Below are positions 19,513 to 29,223 of a DNA stretch of 64,000 bases, piece after piece. The stretch covers positions 378,244-442,243 of the forward strand of contig CAXVYR010000002.1 of the NCBI GenBank assembly GCA_963666975.2, read 5' to 3'. The notes beneath the pieces were generated by a model. The model was not told the origin of the DNA. It saw only the letters and a list, made by a program, of their open reading frames with translations, and ran no database searches. Position 1 is the first letter of the stretch, and the number at the start of each line of letters is the position of its first letter. This stretch comes from Terriglobia bacterium. GTDB lineage: Bacteria; Acidobacteriota; Terriglobia; 2-12-FULL-54-10. A program made the position numbers and the translations under genes.

Positions 19513-20409
19513 TTAAGGGGTATACAGGGGATGCACCTGCATACGGAGACTTGCGCCGCCGTCGCTGCGTGAGGTAATCCCGTCCAGCCGTTCCTGGAAT
19601 ATCTGCTGGCCTCGTGCAGTGGCTTCCATCAAGGCAGCCTCGCGCTCCCGCCGCCTCGCTTCTGCTTCCAGTTCCGCCGCCGCCACCTGCGCCGCTTGGA
19701 GTGCTTGCAACTGCGCCATTGCGGCTGTTAGCTGTCCCTGTGTGACCATTCCGGCGACCTGAGATTGCTGTAGCGCGGTGTCGGATTTGTTAGCGTTGTT
19801 CCGCAGCCCGTTGTAGGAATCGAGCGCGGATTTGATAGCCGCCGAAGTCTCTGCGGCGGCATCGGAAACGGCATAGTTGAGGACGGTGGACTGCTCGCCG
19901 CGCTCCCGGTTGTTGCGGTAGTTCGCGGCGGCTCTGGTTGCCAGCTCCACCGGAAAGTTTGCGTAGGTTGCCAGCACGTCCGCCTCGCTCGTGGTGTCGG
20001 CAGTTTGCAGCCGGGTCCGCATGGCCTGGGTGATTGATGTGCCATCGCTGAACTGCTCAACCGCCGTCGCCAGCTCACCGGCAGCGCCGCTAAAATCGGA
20101 TTTCCAGGCCATGCCTGTCCCGATGAGCTTGCTGGGGACCGAAGCCAGATCGGTGAACGGTTGGGTGATGGCTCCAATCTGTCCTAAAGTGCTTTCCCTG
20201 ATGTGCTCGAATTGCTCCGTCAGCTTGCCAAGCTGGTTGCTCATAGATGTGAGCTGCGCCATCTGGTTGCCGATCATCGTTATCTGATTTGCCATCATGA
20301 TGATTCTCTGTGATATCGCCGTGGGGTCGGTGGTGGGGAAAAAAGCCAACGCCGACACTGCCGTAAACAGGGGCAGGAAAAACAGAGCCAGCCAAGTTCG
20401 GACTTTCAT
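19513..20409 (-). CDS. VirB5/TrbJ-like secreted T4SS protein
   Basis: Signal peptide, PTTDP followed by a Gln/Met-rich coiled coil (NQITMIGNQMAQL), and position upstream of VirB6. Confidence 0.65.
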   Translation of the reverse strand: MKVRTWLALFFLPLFTAVSALAFFPTTDPTAISQRIIMMANQITMIGNQMAQLTSMSNQLGKLTEQFEHIRESTLGQIGAITQPFTDLASVPSKLIGTGMAWKSDFSGAAGELATAVEQFSDGTSITQAMRTRLQTADTTSEADVLATYANFPVELATRAAANYRNNRERGEQSTVLNYAVSDAAAETSAAIKSALDSYNGLRNNANKSDTALQQSQVAGMVTQGQLTAAMAQLQALQAAQVAAAELEAEARRREREAALMEATARGQQIFQERLDGITSRSDGGASLRMQVHPLYTP

Positions 20410-21791
20410 GGTTTGTCTCCTTTCAAGGTTGTGGTTCCCCGGCCCGTGGGCCGGGGAACAAGTGCGTCGGAAGTGAACCAGATTCGTAGCCGGTGTCCGG
20501 CGCGAATCGTGAGAGTGGGTAAACGATTCAGAAAGCGCTGCAAGATTTGCTGTGCGCCCTGTCCGAGCCCTTGCCCGGCTCCGGCCCGGATCGCTGGCGC
20601 ACCGCCAGAATAGGGGTTCGCTCCTTGCAAGGTCAGCCCGGAGATAACTCCGACTGCTCCGACCGCCGCAAACATGGAGAGGTAATGGCGGTTCACCTGA
20701 TCTTTCAATGCACTCTCTCCGACCTGATTGAGTCCGGCAAAATCGAGCGCAACCCAGCGACCGTCGGGAAATATCAAGCGATGGAAGCCCACTACAAGCC
20801 GCTCTTGGTCAATGCCCCGCACCGAAGTCGCCGTGCCAATGACTCTCGATCCACGGGGGACAAGAATCCGCTGCCGGTCGGCGGAGTAAAACGGAACCGA
20901 CACCGCCGCCAGCACCGGGCCGGGAAGTCTGTTGAAGTCGCCTGAAAGCTGAGTGACCATCACCGCCTCCAGAAACGAGCCTTCATAGATTCGCTCGAAG
21001 CCGGGCGGGTCTGCGGGCGCGACGCTCGATGTAGGATTCTCGTAGTCCTTTCGCGTTGCGCCGGTAAGCGCCTCCGCCGCCGCGCCCAGGCCGGGTAGGG
21101 GCAACTCCCCTTCATGCTCGCCCGGCGCTGTCTGGGATTCGGCTGCTTCCGCATCAGCGACAACTTGACTGAGCATATCAAGCGACTGTTGCAAGGCTTG
21201 ATTGACTGCCGCTGGCGGTTGGAAGTTCTGCGCGGTTGGAGTACCAGGAGTCCCCGGCGCTTCACCGCCCTCCGCCGCTGCTTGCGACGGCGGCGGCTCG
21301 CTCACTGTACGGTAGGTCTGCGCCACCGGCGCTGACCGCAGTGAGCGGTTGCGCCGTTCGATCTCTTCCAAGCGCAATACCTCTCTCAGCTCCGCCTCGG
21401 CCTGGCTCGACGGCACAATCGGATCTCCGCCGATGACGCCGCTCGGCAAAAGCGAAGCGGTTGCGCTGGGGGTGTAAATGCCGCCCGCCTGCTGCTGTTG
21501 CAGTTCCCTCTCCGCCGCTTGCCGTTGGGCCTCCTGCCGCAACCCTTCCTCGCGGACCCTCGCCGCAACCTGCGCTTGCGCTCCGGGTCCTGCCGGTTGT
21601 TGCGAGCCCGAATCCGCTACTTCGACTTCCTCCGGCGCGGTATTGAAAACAGACTGCATCACCAGAAAGAGGCCGAGCACCACGGCGATTCCCGCCACCC
21701 CCCATCGGGTGAGTTTCTGGATCGGCACGGCTCCGGTAGCCTTGTCGTGCAGCCGTTTCCATTGGTTCTGAATCTGGTTCTGTGGGTTCAT
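20406..21791 (-). CDS. virB10: VirB10/TrbI T4SS core protein
   Basis: TM segment, Pro/Ala linker, EGSFLEAVM, ILVPRGSRVIG, DQVNRHY and PTLTIRAG; ATGA overlap with VirB9. Confidence 0.9.
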   Translation of the reverse strand: MNPQNQIQNQWKRLHDKATGAVPIQKLTRWGVAGIAVVLGLFLVMQSVFNTAPEEVEVADSGSQQPAGPGAQAQVAARVREEGLRQEAQRQAAERELQQQQAGGIYTPSATASLLPSGVIGGDPIVPSSQAEAELREVLRLEEIERRNRSLRSAPVAQTYRTVSEPPPSQAAAEGGEAPGTPGTPTAQNFQPPAAVNQALQQSLDMLSQVVADAEAAESQTAPGEHEGELPLPGLGAAAEALTGATRKDYENPTSSVAPADPPGFERIYEGSFLEAVMVTQLSGDFNRLPGPVLAAVSVPFYSADRQRILVPRGSRVIGTATSVRGIDQERLVVGFHRLIFPDGRWVALDFAGLNQVGESALKDQVNRHYLSMFAAVGAVGVISGLTLQGANPYSGGAPAIRAGAGQGLGQGAQQILQRFLNRLPTLTIRAGHRLRIWFTSDALVPRPTGRGTTTLKGDKP

Positions 21792-22687
21792 GGTTCCAGC
21801 TCCCGCCTGTCGAGCTTCCACTGAGCCTTTTCCTTGCCGATTTGCAGCCAGCCGTCGCCTAACAGATGCCGGGCGACATAAAGGCCGTCCTCGTTGAGGT
21901 CGTAGGCTACCAGCGCGGGCTTGCCTTCTTTGATTTCATAGAGCGCCGGGGACTCCTGGGCGTTGGAGCGCAGATAGGTAAATTGGCCGTCGTGCCACAT
22001 GCCTTCGACCAGGAAGGGCCATTTGAGGGCTTTGTCTTGCAGACGGTAAGGGAATTTCAACCGCGTGGGATAGTCGGCCCGGAAAGAGTTGATCTCCGCC
22101 TCGGCCTGTTGCCGTACCGTGTCGATCTGCTGCTCCGCTTCGGCCTGCGCCGCTCCGGCGGTCATTCGCGCCTGCTCCGCCATCTGTTGATAGGCTTCCA
22201 CCTGATCGCGGGCCACAAAGGCGGGCTGATGCGCTCCGGGTGATATCCTCGGATCGCTCTCGGCCGCACTGGCGATGCGAACGACAAGATGCGGTTGTCC
22301 GGGCTGCTCGGAGACAAGGAAGGAATAGATTCTCCCGGATTCGCAAACCAGGGCGACGTTGGTGCTGACGCCCTCGCTGATCGGTTTCAAGAAAGCGAGA
22401 TTGGCCGCTCCGGTCAAGTGCCAATACTCGGAGTCACCCACTACGAAATCGAGAATGTTCTCTCGTCCCGGAAGTTGAATAACGGTGGTGTGGCGTACTC
22501 TGGTCCGCAAGCGGATGATCTGGTCCGGGTTGTCGCCGACCCGAATCACTGACGGCTCCGCCGCCGGTGTTTCCTGCTCGGCAGGAGTGGGGCGGGGAGC
22601 TGCCGCTGCTTCTGGTATTTCCTGCGCGGTGGTGGTGATGGGTATTGCCGTCAGCAATATCAGAACGGCCAGGGTGATGAGTTTCAT
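21788..22687 (-). CDS. virB9: VirB9/TrbG T4SS outer core protein
   Basis: Signal peptide, HTTVIQLP, VGDSEYW, LAFLKP, HDGQFTYL and PALY. Confidence 0.88.
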   Translation of the reverse strand: MKLITLAVLILLTAIPITTTAQEIPEAAAAPRPTPAEQETPAAEPSVIRVGDNPDQIIRLRTRVRHTTVIQLPGRENILDFVVGDSEYWHLTGAANLAFLKPISEGVSTNVALVCESGRIYSFLVSEQPGQPHLVVRIASAAESDPRISPGAHQPAFVARDQVEAYQQMAEQARMTAGAAQAEAEQQIDTVRQQAEAEINSFRADYPTRLKFPYRLQDKALKWPFLVEGMWHDGQFTYLRSNAQESPALYEIKEGKPALVAYDLNEDGLYVARHLLGDGWLQIGKEKAQWKLDRRELEP

Positions 22688-22691
22688 GGTG

Positions 22692-25151
22692 TTACCTCCG
22701 TTTGTTTGACAAGTGTTCGAGCGCACCCTCCAGGCCATACCGCTCTACCGCCTCGGCCCGCTCCTGAGCATCGCGGGCCGAGCTGGTATAGAGCCAGTAG
22801 CTTTCAGGGTCCACTTCCAGTCGTAGCTTTCCCGCCGCTTCCGGTCGCCGCATATACAGCTCCCGTTTGGGAATCAAACCGCGTATGGTGGCTACCTCGG
22901 ACGGATTCAGGCGAAAGATGTCTGCCGCCTTGTCCGGCAGTTCCGGGTTGGCAAGAAATAGTTTGGTCGGCATGGATTCGAGCAGTACGTCGGCTCCGGC
23001 AGTTCCGGTCACGTCCACGGCGCTTTGAGTCGCCATAATCAGCGCCGCGTTCTTCTTCCGCCAGGTCTTGGCTGCCTCGGCCAGATAACCCAGCACCGCC
23101 GGATCACGGAGATAACGCCAGGCTTCATCCACCACCATGAGCTTGACCCTCTCCGTCTCGGCTGGATTCTCCAGCGCCAGCCGCAGCCGTTCCAGAAGAT
23201 AGAACAGCGCCGCCTCGCAGAGGTCCTCATGCTCGGCTGCTCCGGCCAGGTCGATCACCTGCCATTCGGCCAGTTCGAGGTCCGTCCCGCTAGCCGGGTT
23301 GTCGAAGTATTTGCCCCAAGCGCCCTCGCCGTGCCAGCGCCCTAGCGCGGGCCACATCTTGGAGGGCAAGGAATGTACCAGCACACTCAAGGTCCGCCGA
23401 TCCGGCGGGAATGAGTACACGTCCTCGATGCGGGCGCGGATTTCACTGGGGTCTTCTCCGCTCACCTGCCAGCCGCCGATCCGTAGCAGGCGCGTAATCC
23501 AGCCGGTTAAAAACTGATATGTCCGCTCTCCTGCCGGTAGCGCGAAGGGGCGCAACCGAAAGCCGCCCTCTCCGGCGTCGTCGTCGGGTGAAAGTTCGAG
23601 ATACCCGCCTCCCAGAAAGCGGGTGAGCCAGCGGTACGAGCCCCCGAGGTCCAGAATGAGCACGCGCGGGTTGTACTGCAGGGCTTGGACAAGCAAAAAG
23701 TTGAGCGTGAAGCTCTTTCCCGCTCCGGTCGCCCCTAGCACTAGCGTGTGGCCCACGTCGCCGTGAAACAGATCGTAGTAGTAGGGAGTTCTCCACTGCG
23801 TTTCCAGAATAGCCAGCGCGTCCCGCTGCAAGTGGCCGCTCCGTGGGTTGCCACTCGGTGGCCCGAATATCGGCGCCATGCAAGCCGCCGCGCCCGCCGA
23901 AAGAAAGACGGATCGGACCTGCCGCTTTCTGGGCTGCGCCGGAAAGCGGCAGAACCATGTGGCCAGCTGGCCGTAGCCTTCCCGGATCGCTTTGGCATCG
24001 TGGGCCGCAAAGATGCGGCGAATATCTCCGTCCAGCCGTTCGGTCTGCTCCAGCTCTCCATGTAGGGCGATGGTAAGTGCCATGTCGCCGTAGGCGATTC
24101 CCTCCGTCTCCAACTCCACCAGGGCGTGACCCAAGCGACTCGATTCCACTTCGGCGGCGCTGTCTACCATTGCCGAAGCGGTTCCCTCGGTTTCCTGCAC
24201 GTGCGCCATCATGGAGTACCGCTTTGAGAAGTAATGGCGCTGCGCCCCGCGAATCTTGCGCCGGGCAGAATCGAGGCCCCACGGTCGCCATTCCAGGGCC
24301 ACGGTCATGGTGGCATCGAGCCGGTACAGATCGTTCAGAAGGTTGGCCTGCGCTCCGCTGGGGGGCGAGAGCAGCGAGTACAGAATGACCGGCTCGCCGT
24401 CCAGCCGCAGATGCCTCCGCTCGGCCTCCAACTCGCTGCGGGACAGCCGCCAGTTCATGCCGCTGCCGGTGGCACCCTCCCAGCCGCCGCCGGGGCGGCC
24501 GGGTCGGCCGGGTCGGCCGGGTCGATTGATGAGTTCGCTCAAGACGGCTGATCCAGCATCGGCGTCGAGCAGTTCCACCGGCGTCAAGTCCGATACCAGG
24601 GCGCATGACGCATCGACCAGTTGGCGGAAGCGCGTGGCGGCGGCTTCTATTTCGGTGAGTAGATAGACTGATTCGTGAGGGTTGCGCCGCCGTGCCAGCC
24701 AGTTCTGTAGGTAGGACTTCCACCATGCCTGATCCGACCGGCCTTTCGAGGCGGATGAAAGGTGAGGATCGTAGGTCCAGGCAATGTAGGTCTGGATTTC
24801 CTGAACGCGGCTGCTCAGAAAAGCCCGCCGCTTCCGCTGCGAGATGGCGGCAACGGTGGATTGCTCTCCCTGCTCTCCGGGGTCGAAGTGGCTGGCCCGT
24901 CGAAACAGATAGAAGTAAATGCGCGTCCGGGAATCGGCCCCGGAAAGCATACGCTGCCAGCGATTCAGCACCGCGTCCATCTGTTCAGGGGTTCGCCCGT
25001 CCAGGACGGCGGGCGTGAGCCGCGCCAAGCAAAGCAGCTCACCGGCGCGGGTCAGGCAGGTTCGCCCGTCATCCAGCCAGCCCCAATAGGGGATTTCCTC
25101 GGCCAGCGCCCCGGCAGCTTGATAGTCGGCTACTTCTTGATCCACATTCAT
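22692..25151 (-). CDS. virB4: VirB4/TrbE T4SS ATPase
   Basis: GHTLVLGATGAGKS Walker A, LDLGGSY, VVDEAW Walker B and RKKNAALIMATQS; ATGA overlap with VirB3. Confidence 0.93.
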   Translation of the reverse strand: MNVDQEVADYQAAGALAEEIPYWGWLDDGRTCLTRAGELLCLARLTPAVLDGRTPEQMDAVLNRWQRMLSGADSRTRIYFYLFRRASHFDPGEQGEQSTVAAISQRKRRAFLSSRVQEIQTYIAWTYDPHLSSASKGRSDQAWWKSYLQNWLARRRNPHESVYLLTEIEAAATRFRQLVDASCALVSDLTPVELLDADAGSAVLSELINRPGRPGRPGRPGGGWEGATGSGMNWRLSRSELEAERRHLRLDGEPVILYSLLSPPSGAQANLLNDLYRLDATMTVALEWRPWGLDSARRKIRGAQRHYFSKRYSMMAHVQETEGTASAMVDSAAEVESSRLGHALVELETEGIAYGDMALTIALHGELEQTERLDGDIRRIFAAHDAKAIREGYGQLATWFCRFPAQPRKRQVRSVFLSAGAAACMAPIFGPPSGNPRSGHLQRDALAILETQWRTPYYYDLFHGDVGHTLVLGATGAGKSFTLNFLLVQALQYNPRVLILDLGGSYRWLTRFLGGGYLELSPDDDAGEGGFRLRPFALPAGERTYQFLTGWITRLLRIGGWQVSGEDPSEIRARIEDVYSFPPDRRTLSVLVHSLPSKMWPALGRWHGEGAWGKYFDNPASGTDLELAEWQVIDLAGAAEHEDLCEAALFYLLERLRLALENPAETERVKLMVVDEAWRYLRDPAVLGYLAEAAKTWRKKNAALIMATQSAVDVTGTAGADVLLESMPTKLFLANPELPDKAADIFRLNPSEVATIRGLIPKRELYMRRPEAAGKLRLEVDPESYWLYTSSARDAQERAEAVERYGLEGALEHLSNKRR

Positions 25152-25450
25152 AAGCGTCCTCGGATTAGCAGATACCAGGGGGAGTCGGCCCACTTGCCGG
25201 GATCGTAGCGGGCTTTGAAGCGGGTCGAAGCGCGCAGGATTTCCACCATGTTGGGGTCCTCGCGCCAAGCAAACCAGCCAGCGGCATAGAGCGCCACAAA
25301 TATCACGCCGCCGGTCATCAGGGAGTTGATGGCGTTCCACATTGCCAGCCCCAACATGGCGCTGAGTAGAAACCAGCGGCGCTCCACGCCCATGATGGTG
25401 AGCGGCGCACTCAAGGCCGGATAAGCAGGCCAGTTCTTTGCGCCCTGCAT
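25148..25450 (-). CDS. virB3: VirB3/TrbD T4SS membrane protein
   Basis: ALSAPLTIMGVER, two TM segments and DP motif; lies between the pilin and VirB4. Confidence 0.85.
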   Translation of the reverse strand: MQGAKNWPAYPALSAPLTIMGVERRWFLLSAMLGLAMWNAINSLMTGGVIFVALYAAGWFAWREDPNMVEILRASTRFKARYDPGKWADSPWYLLIRGRL

Positions 25451-25746
25451 CAGAACAGCCAGGTCAGGAAATTGGCCGCGCCCATCGCCATGCCTAATCC
25501 GAAGATGATCCCGGCCAGCGCCTTCTTGCTGCCGCCTTCGCCGAACGCGAACATCAGCCCGCCGATCACAATAGAAATCAGGCTTAACCCTCGTGCGAGG
25601 GGTCCGGTGAAAGCGTTTTCCAGCACGTCAATTGCATCCAGCCACGGACTTACGCCCTGGGCTGGAAGCTCCTGCTGCATGAGCAGCCCCATGCCTGCCA
25701 TTAGCGCCGCTGCGCGTAATTTCGGAATCGGAAACCGTGAAGTCAT
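25450..25746 (-). CDS. virB2: VirB2/TrbC pilin
   Basis: SPW...FTGPLARGLSLISIVIGGLMFAFGE with two hydrophobic helices. Confidence 0.9.
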   Translation of the reverse strand: MTSRFPIPKLRAAALMAGMGLLMQQELPAQGVSPWLDAIDVLENAFTGPLARGLSLISIVIGGLMFAFGEGGSKKALAGIIFGLGMAMGAANFLTWLF

Positions 25747-25771
25747 GCCTTCCTCCTATGTTCGTTTGTAG

Positions 25772-26092
25772 TTAGTCTTGAAACATCCCCTTTGACTGAT
25801 TTTGCAGAGCCTCCGCCAGTTCGGAATCTCCACCCTCGCCGCGCCGGATCGTGCGTTCCACCAGGTCAACCTTGCGGCCCAAATCGGCTAAGCCCAATGA
25901 TCGAGCAGTTGCGTAAATGGAAAATGCGAACGAGACGACGGCAATGCCGCCATACACGGCAATCGGCAAGCCGCCGCGCCGGAACAGAACCGACCAGTGC
26001 GGTTTGTAAAAGGCCAGCTCCGGCAACCCGAAGATCGCAACCACGCCCAACGCGGTCACGGTGAGTCCGATGCTGACATGCCAGGGCCGCAT
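25772..26092 (-). CDS. Small membrane protein of unknown function in the transfer operon
   Basis: Two hydrophobic segments; tightly packed between co-oriented genes. Confidence 0.6.
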   Translation of the reverse strand: MRPWHVSIGLTVTALGVVAIFGLPELAFYKPHWSVLFRRGGLPIAVYGGIAVVSFAFSIYATARSLGLADLGRKVDLVERTIRRGEGGDSELAEALQNQSKGMFQD

Positions 26093-26095
26093 GGT

Positions 26096-27016
26096 TCAAA
26101 GCTCCATTGCTCCGTCTCGACCGCCTCTTGCGGCTCCGCCGCTGCCGTCTCCGCCGCCGCCTCGACCTGCTCCGCCGAGCGCCCGGCTGATCGCGGCGTT
26201 GGCCCGTCCGCCGCTTCCGTGTATCTGAAATCCGGCCTGGGCTTTGGCGGCGATAGTGCCTGAGCGGTAGTGTTCTGAGGCAACCTCGACGTTGACGCGC
26301 CCGCTGCGGCCCTCGACGTCCTGATATTCAATCTGCGCGTCGGGATAGACGACTCGACCCTCTTTGATGGGTAGCTCCAACTCCTGAGCGGCCTTGTGAC
26401 GCGCCGCGTCTGCCGCCGCCTTGCCTTCTTTGGCCCGCGCCGTTTCGGTGGCGCGGGCCACCTGCTTTTTAAGCTCGGCGTCGATCCGCACTCGCTGGAT
26501 ACTCGCCCCTTGTTCCACCAGGCGGCGCTGCTCTATCTGAGCTGCCCGGTAAACGGCGGTGTCGTGTCGTAGTTCGCCCTTCTTGACCAGGCCGGTCCAG
26601 GTTTGCTGTTCCTTGTCGAATCCCTGCTCGACGGCGCACTCCTGCGCTTTGCGCGCTCCGGCCTCGGTCAAGGTAAGCACTTTGTACGTTCCGCCCCTCG
26701 GCCCTTTTGCTTGATGCTCCTGCATGTGGCCGTCTTTTATCATGCGGTCCACGGCCCTTCGCGCCGTGTAGGGATGGCCCCCGAATTGCGACTCCGCCAG
26801 GTCGCGGTAGGAGACGTTGCGATACATCCCCACGTCGGCCAGCGCTCCTTCGCTGCGCTGCTGAAAGCTGCGGTTGTCCTGTCGCGGATCGTACTCGCGG
26901 CGGTGTCCTGTGCGAGGCTGCTCTCGGTCCCGGTCGGTATGCTCCCGTCTCGGGGCAGGGGTAGGCGTCTGACTGCGGCTGTCGTCTCTGGTCAGGATAT
27001 CGAGCGGATCAAACAT
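26096..27016 (-). CDS. Replication-relaxation (Replic_Relax/MOB_C-like) PD-(D/E)XK protein, candidate relaxase
   Basis: wHTH region with LTLTEAG, LRHD motif, and VYPDAQIEY...VNVEV..EHY nuclease-type motif; heads the transfer operon. Confidence 0.65.
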   Translation of the reverse strand: MFDPLDILTRDDSRSQTPTPAPRREHTDRDREQPRTGHRREYDPRQDNRSFQQRSEGALADVGMYRNVSYRDLAESQFGGHPYTARRAVDRMIKDGHMQEHQAKGPRGGTYKVLTLTEAGARKAQECAVEQGFDKEQQTWTGLVKKGELRHDTAVYRAAQIEQRRLVEQGASIQRVRIDAELKKQVARATETARAKEGKAAADAARHKAAQELELPIKEGRVVYPDAQIEYQDVEGRSGRVNVEVASEHYRSGTIAAKAQAGFQIHGSGGRANAAISRALGGAGRGGGGDGSGGAARGGRDGAMEL

Positions 27017-27034
27017 GCTGTGATCCTTCCCGGG

Positions 27035-28105
27035 CTATCTGTCTGGTCCGGCGTCTCGTTCGTGTTCCTGTGCTTTCGCTTTTGCCTGCGGGCTGGGAGC
27101 GTGGCTGATCTGCGGCCCGGCTTCGTGGGAGTACTTCTGCGCCAGTTCTTCATGCTTCTTTTCTTGTTCGGCTTCGCGTTCTCTCACCGGCTGTACTAGA
27201 TAATCTGATATCTTCTCCGCCTCCGCTGCCGCGTGGTAAATCTCGCGTGGCTCCTTGTTCAGCACCTTGATCCAGTTATCAACGTAGGCCGCGCCGCGTG
27301 AGCCGTCATGGCCTACTCCTAACTTCTGGCCCGTCATCATGGCGCTGATCTCCGCCCGCAGTTCTTCGCGGGCGTAGGCTTCGCTGCCGAAGCCAGCCGC
27401 AACTCCTTCTTGCAGCGATTTGCGATCCAGGCGGCTTTCATGTCCGCTGGCGTGTCCCAGTTCGTGAAGCGCCGTCTGGTAGTAGCCGGTGGCCGAAGCA
27501 AACTGTCCGCGTTCTGGCAGCGTTATTCGATCCGTGTCCAGGCTGTAGCTGGCTTGATCTCCGGGAATGTGGTTGATCTTGACGCCGCTCTCTCGAATCG
27601 CAGTCTCCGCTTTCTCGTGCGCCTGCCACTCCGGCGGGGCTTCCGCCGACCGCTCCGGCAGTTTCAGCCCCTCGGTTTGATCGGCGTTGAACACCGCGTA
27701 CTGCCGCACGACGGGATGGTTGCGTTTGTACTCCTCATAGACCGCCTTGCCGTCCTTGTCCTTCAACGGCTTTCCGCCCTCGTCTTTCGCGGCGATGCGG
27801 GCGCGGTCGGTGTAATACAGCACCTTCGTTCCGCGTTCCCCTTTGCGGACGTGGCCGCCCAGGGCCTCGATCTGCTTGTAGGTTCCCCAGCGGTTGTCGC
27901 TGTGGCCCTGACGGATACCCCTGCTCATCAGGTAAAGGCTGTTGCCGCGTGTGTAGGGTTTCCCGGTCGATAGGTTCTCCGGCATACCTTGCTCCCCCGG
28001 CTTCCACGGTTTCTGCCAGGGTGCCACACCCTTTTTGATCTGCTCTATGAGTTCGTCCGCAACCTGGCGGACGTATTGTTCGGAGCGGTCCTGATTTTTG
28101 GCCAT
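27035..28105 (-). CDS. ardC: ArdC-like antirestriction ssDNA-binding protein with zincin domain
   Basis: PWQKPW, YTRGNSLYL, WGTYKQ, VRKGERG, VFNADQ, LHELGH and YAREELRAEI. Confidence 0.92.
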   Translation of the reverse strand: MAKNQDRSEQYVRQVADELIEQIKKGVAPWQKPWKPGEQGMPENLSTGKPYTRGNSLYLMSRGIRQGHSDNRWGTYKQIEALGGHVRKGERGTKVLYYTDRARIAAKDEGGKPLKDKDGKAVYEEYKRNHPVVRQYAVFNADQTEGLKLPERSAEAPPEWQAHEKAETAIRESGVKINHIPGDQASYSLDTDRITLPERGQFASATGYYQTALHELGHASGHESRLDRKSLQEGVAAGFGSEAYAREELRAEISAMMTGQKLGVGHDGSRGAAYVDNWIKVLNKEPREIYHAAAEAEKISDYLVQPVREREAEQEKKHEELAQKYSHEAGPQISHAPSPQAKAKAQEHERDAGPDR

Positions 28106-28107
28106 GA

Positions 28108-28299
28108 TTATCTGTAAGCGTCCTTGTGCGCCTCGATGATGTCTCCCAGCTCCCCTACCTCCTCGAAGCTCAAGCCGATCTTCTCGCCCAGCTCGCGGGT
28201 TACCTCAATGGGAAGGCCCTGCTTCAGCGCCTCGTGAAAGTCGTCCTCGGTTTCGACCGTCAGGTACTTCTCGTCGTTTTCGTTCTCTTCGTGAATCAT
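28108..28299 (-). CDS. Small acidic hypothetical protein (63 aa) upstream of ardC
   Basis: Starts MIHEENENDEKYLTVETEDD with a GAGGAAG RBS. A diverged, internally deleted copy lies at 28490-28582. Confidence 0.6.
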   Translation of the reverse strand: MIHEENENDEKYLTVETEDDFHEALKQGLPIEVTRELGEKIGLSFEEVGELGDIIEAHKDAYR

Positions 28300-28582
28300 G
28301 ATTGCTTCCTCATTTCTGCCTCTCTGGGCCGATCCTTTTCGCGCCGTCGCGCCCGCCACTGCAGCACAGGAAGCAAACGGCCCGGCTTCCAGGGTTTTTG
28401 CCACGGCGCCACGCCCGCCTTGATCTGTTCCATGATCTCGTCTGCCACTTGGCGGACGTATTGTTCGGGCCGGTCCTGATTTTTTGCCATTATCGGCAGG
28501 CGTCCTTGTGCGCCTCGTGAGAATCGTCCTCGGTTTCGACCGTCAGATACTTCTCTCCCCTTCGTTCTTTTCTCGAATCATG
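28300..28582 (-). pseudogene. Tandem degraded duplicate of the small ORF and the ardC 5' end
   Basis: MAKNQDRPEQYVRQVADEIMEQIKAGVAPWQKPWKPG copy at 28380-28490. The small-ORF copy is deleted between GCGCCTCG repeats. Confidence 0.8.
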
Positions 28583-29029
28583 ATTGCTGCCTCCCACGTG
28601 CCCGCCACGCCCGCACAGGATGCAAGCGGGCCGGATGGCGTCTTGGAGACGCTTAAAACGGGGCCGAACTGGAAATCCCTCCGCCAACGGCGTGCTCCCT
28701 CCCGTTTTCTTCGATGGTTCCTCGATGTTGCCCGATCGGCCCCTGCCGGCGGAAGTATGATCTCTCACGCGCCGGCGTCGGCAGCGTTCCCGGTAGGCCC
28801 GTTGGCAGTCGCGGTGATCCAGCCGGGCTTCCAAGCTTTGCCGGTATCGCCGGTTGGCTCGCCGCCGCTGTTCCCGCCGCGCTTTCTTTCGGCAGCTGTC
28901 CCCGCAGTAGCGATGCCCCCGGTAGCAGGAATTGCAGATGTAAAACACCAACCCGCAGTCCGGCCAGCGGCAAGTCAACTGCCGTAACACCACTTTTCTG
29001 GCCATCGCACCCCTCGCGGGCGTGGACAA
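28490..29029 (-). CDS. Cys-rich, Arg-rich putative Zn-binding protein of a type often seen at IS21-like element ends, read through into the deleted small-ORF copy
   Basis: CRWPDC..FYICNSCYRGHRYCGDSC, RLDHRDCQRAYR and CILCGR. Confidence 0.6.
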   Translation of the reverse strand: MSTPARGAMARKVVLRQLTCRWPDCGLVFYICNSCYRGHRYCGDSCRKKARREQRRRANRRYRQSLEARLDHRDCQRAYRERCRRRRVRDHTSAGRGRSGNIEEPSKKTGGSTPLAEGFPVRPRFKRLQDAIRPACILCGRGGHVGGSNHDSRKERRGEKYLTVETEDDSHEAHKDACR

Positions 29030-29093
29030 CTGCTCTGTCGTGGAACTCTGGCTGTGCTGTGGTCGTGCCCTCTAACCGGGGCCGCCATAAAGA

Positions 29094-29123
29094 AAACCCC
29101 GATCGTTAGCGCGATCGGGGTTT
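29094..29123. terminator. GC hairpin AAACCCCGATCG-ttagcg-CGATCGGGGTTT, terminator-like
   Basis: Perfect 12-bp inverted repeat, followed by TCTTT on the minus strand. Confidence 0.55.
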
Positions 29124-29223
29124 ACCCATTTGCACTTTCGGCCCTGCCTTGCCGGAGCCTCGTCAAATCGCAGCGGCGAAGAAGACTTCGTCTCTCGCTA
29201 TCGGCGCTCATCCAAAAAACCAC

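Noticed and set aside
24492-24524. 9-bp repeat encoding RPGRPGRPG in VirB4
   Set aside because: Simple in-frame slippage in a probable loop.
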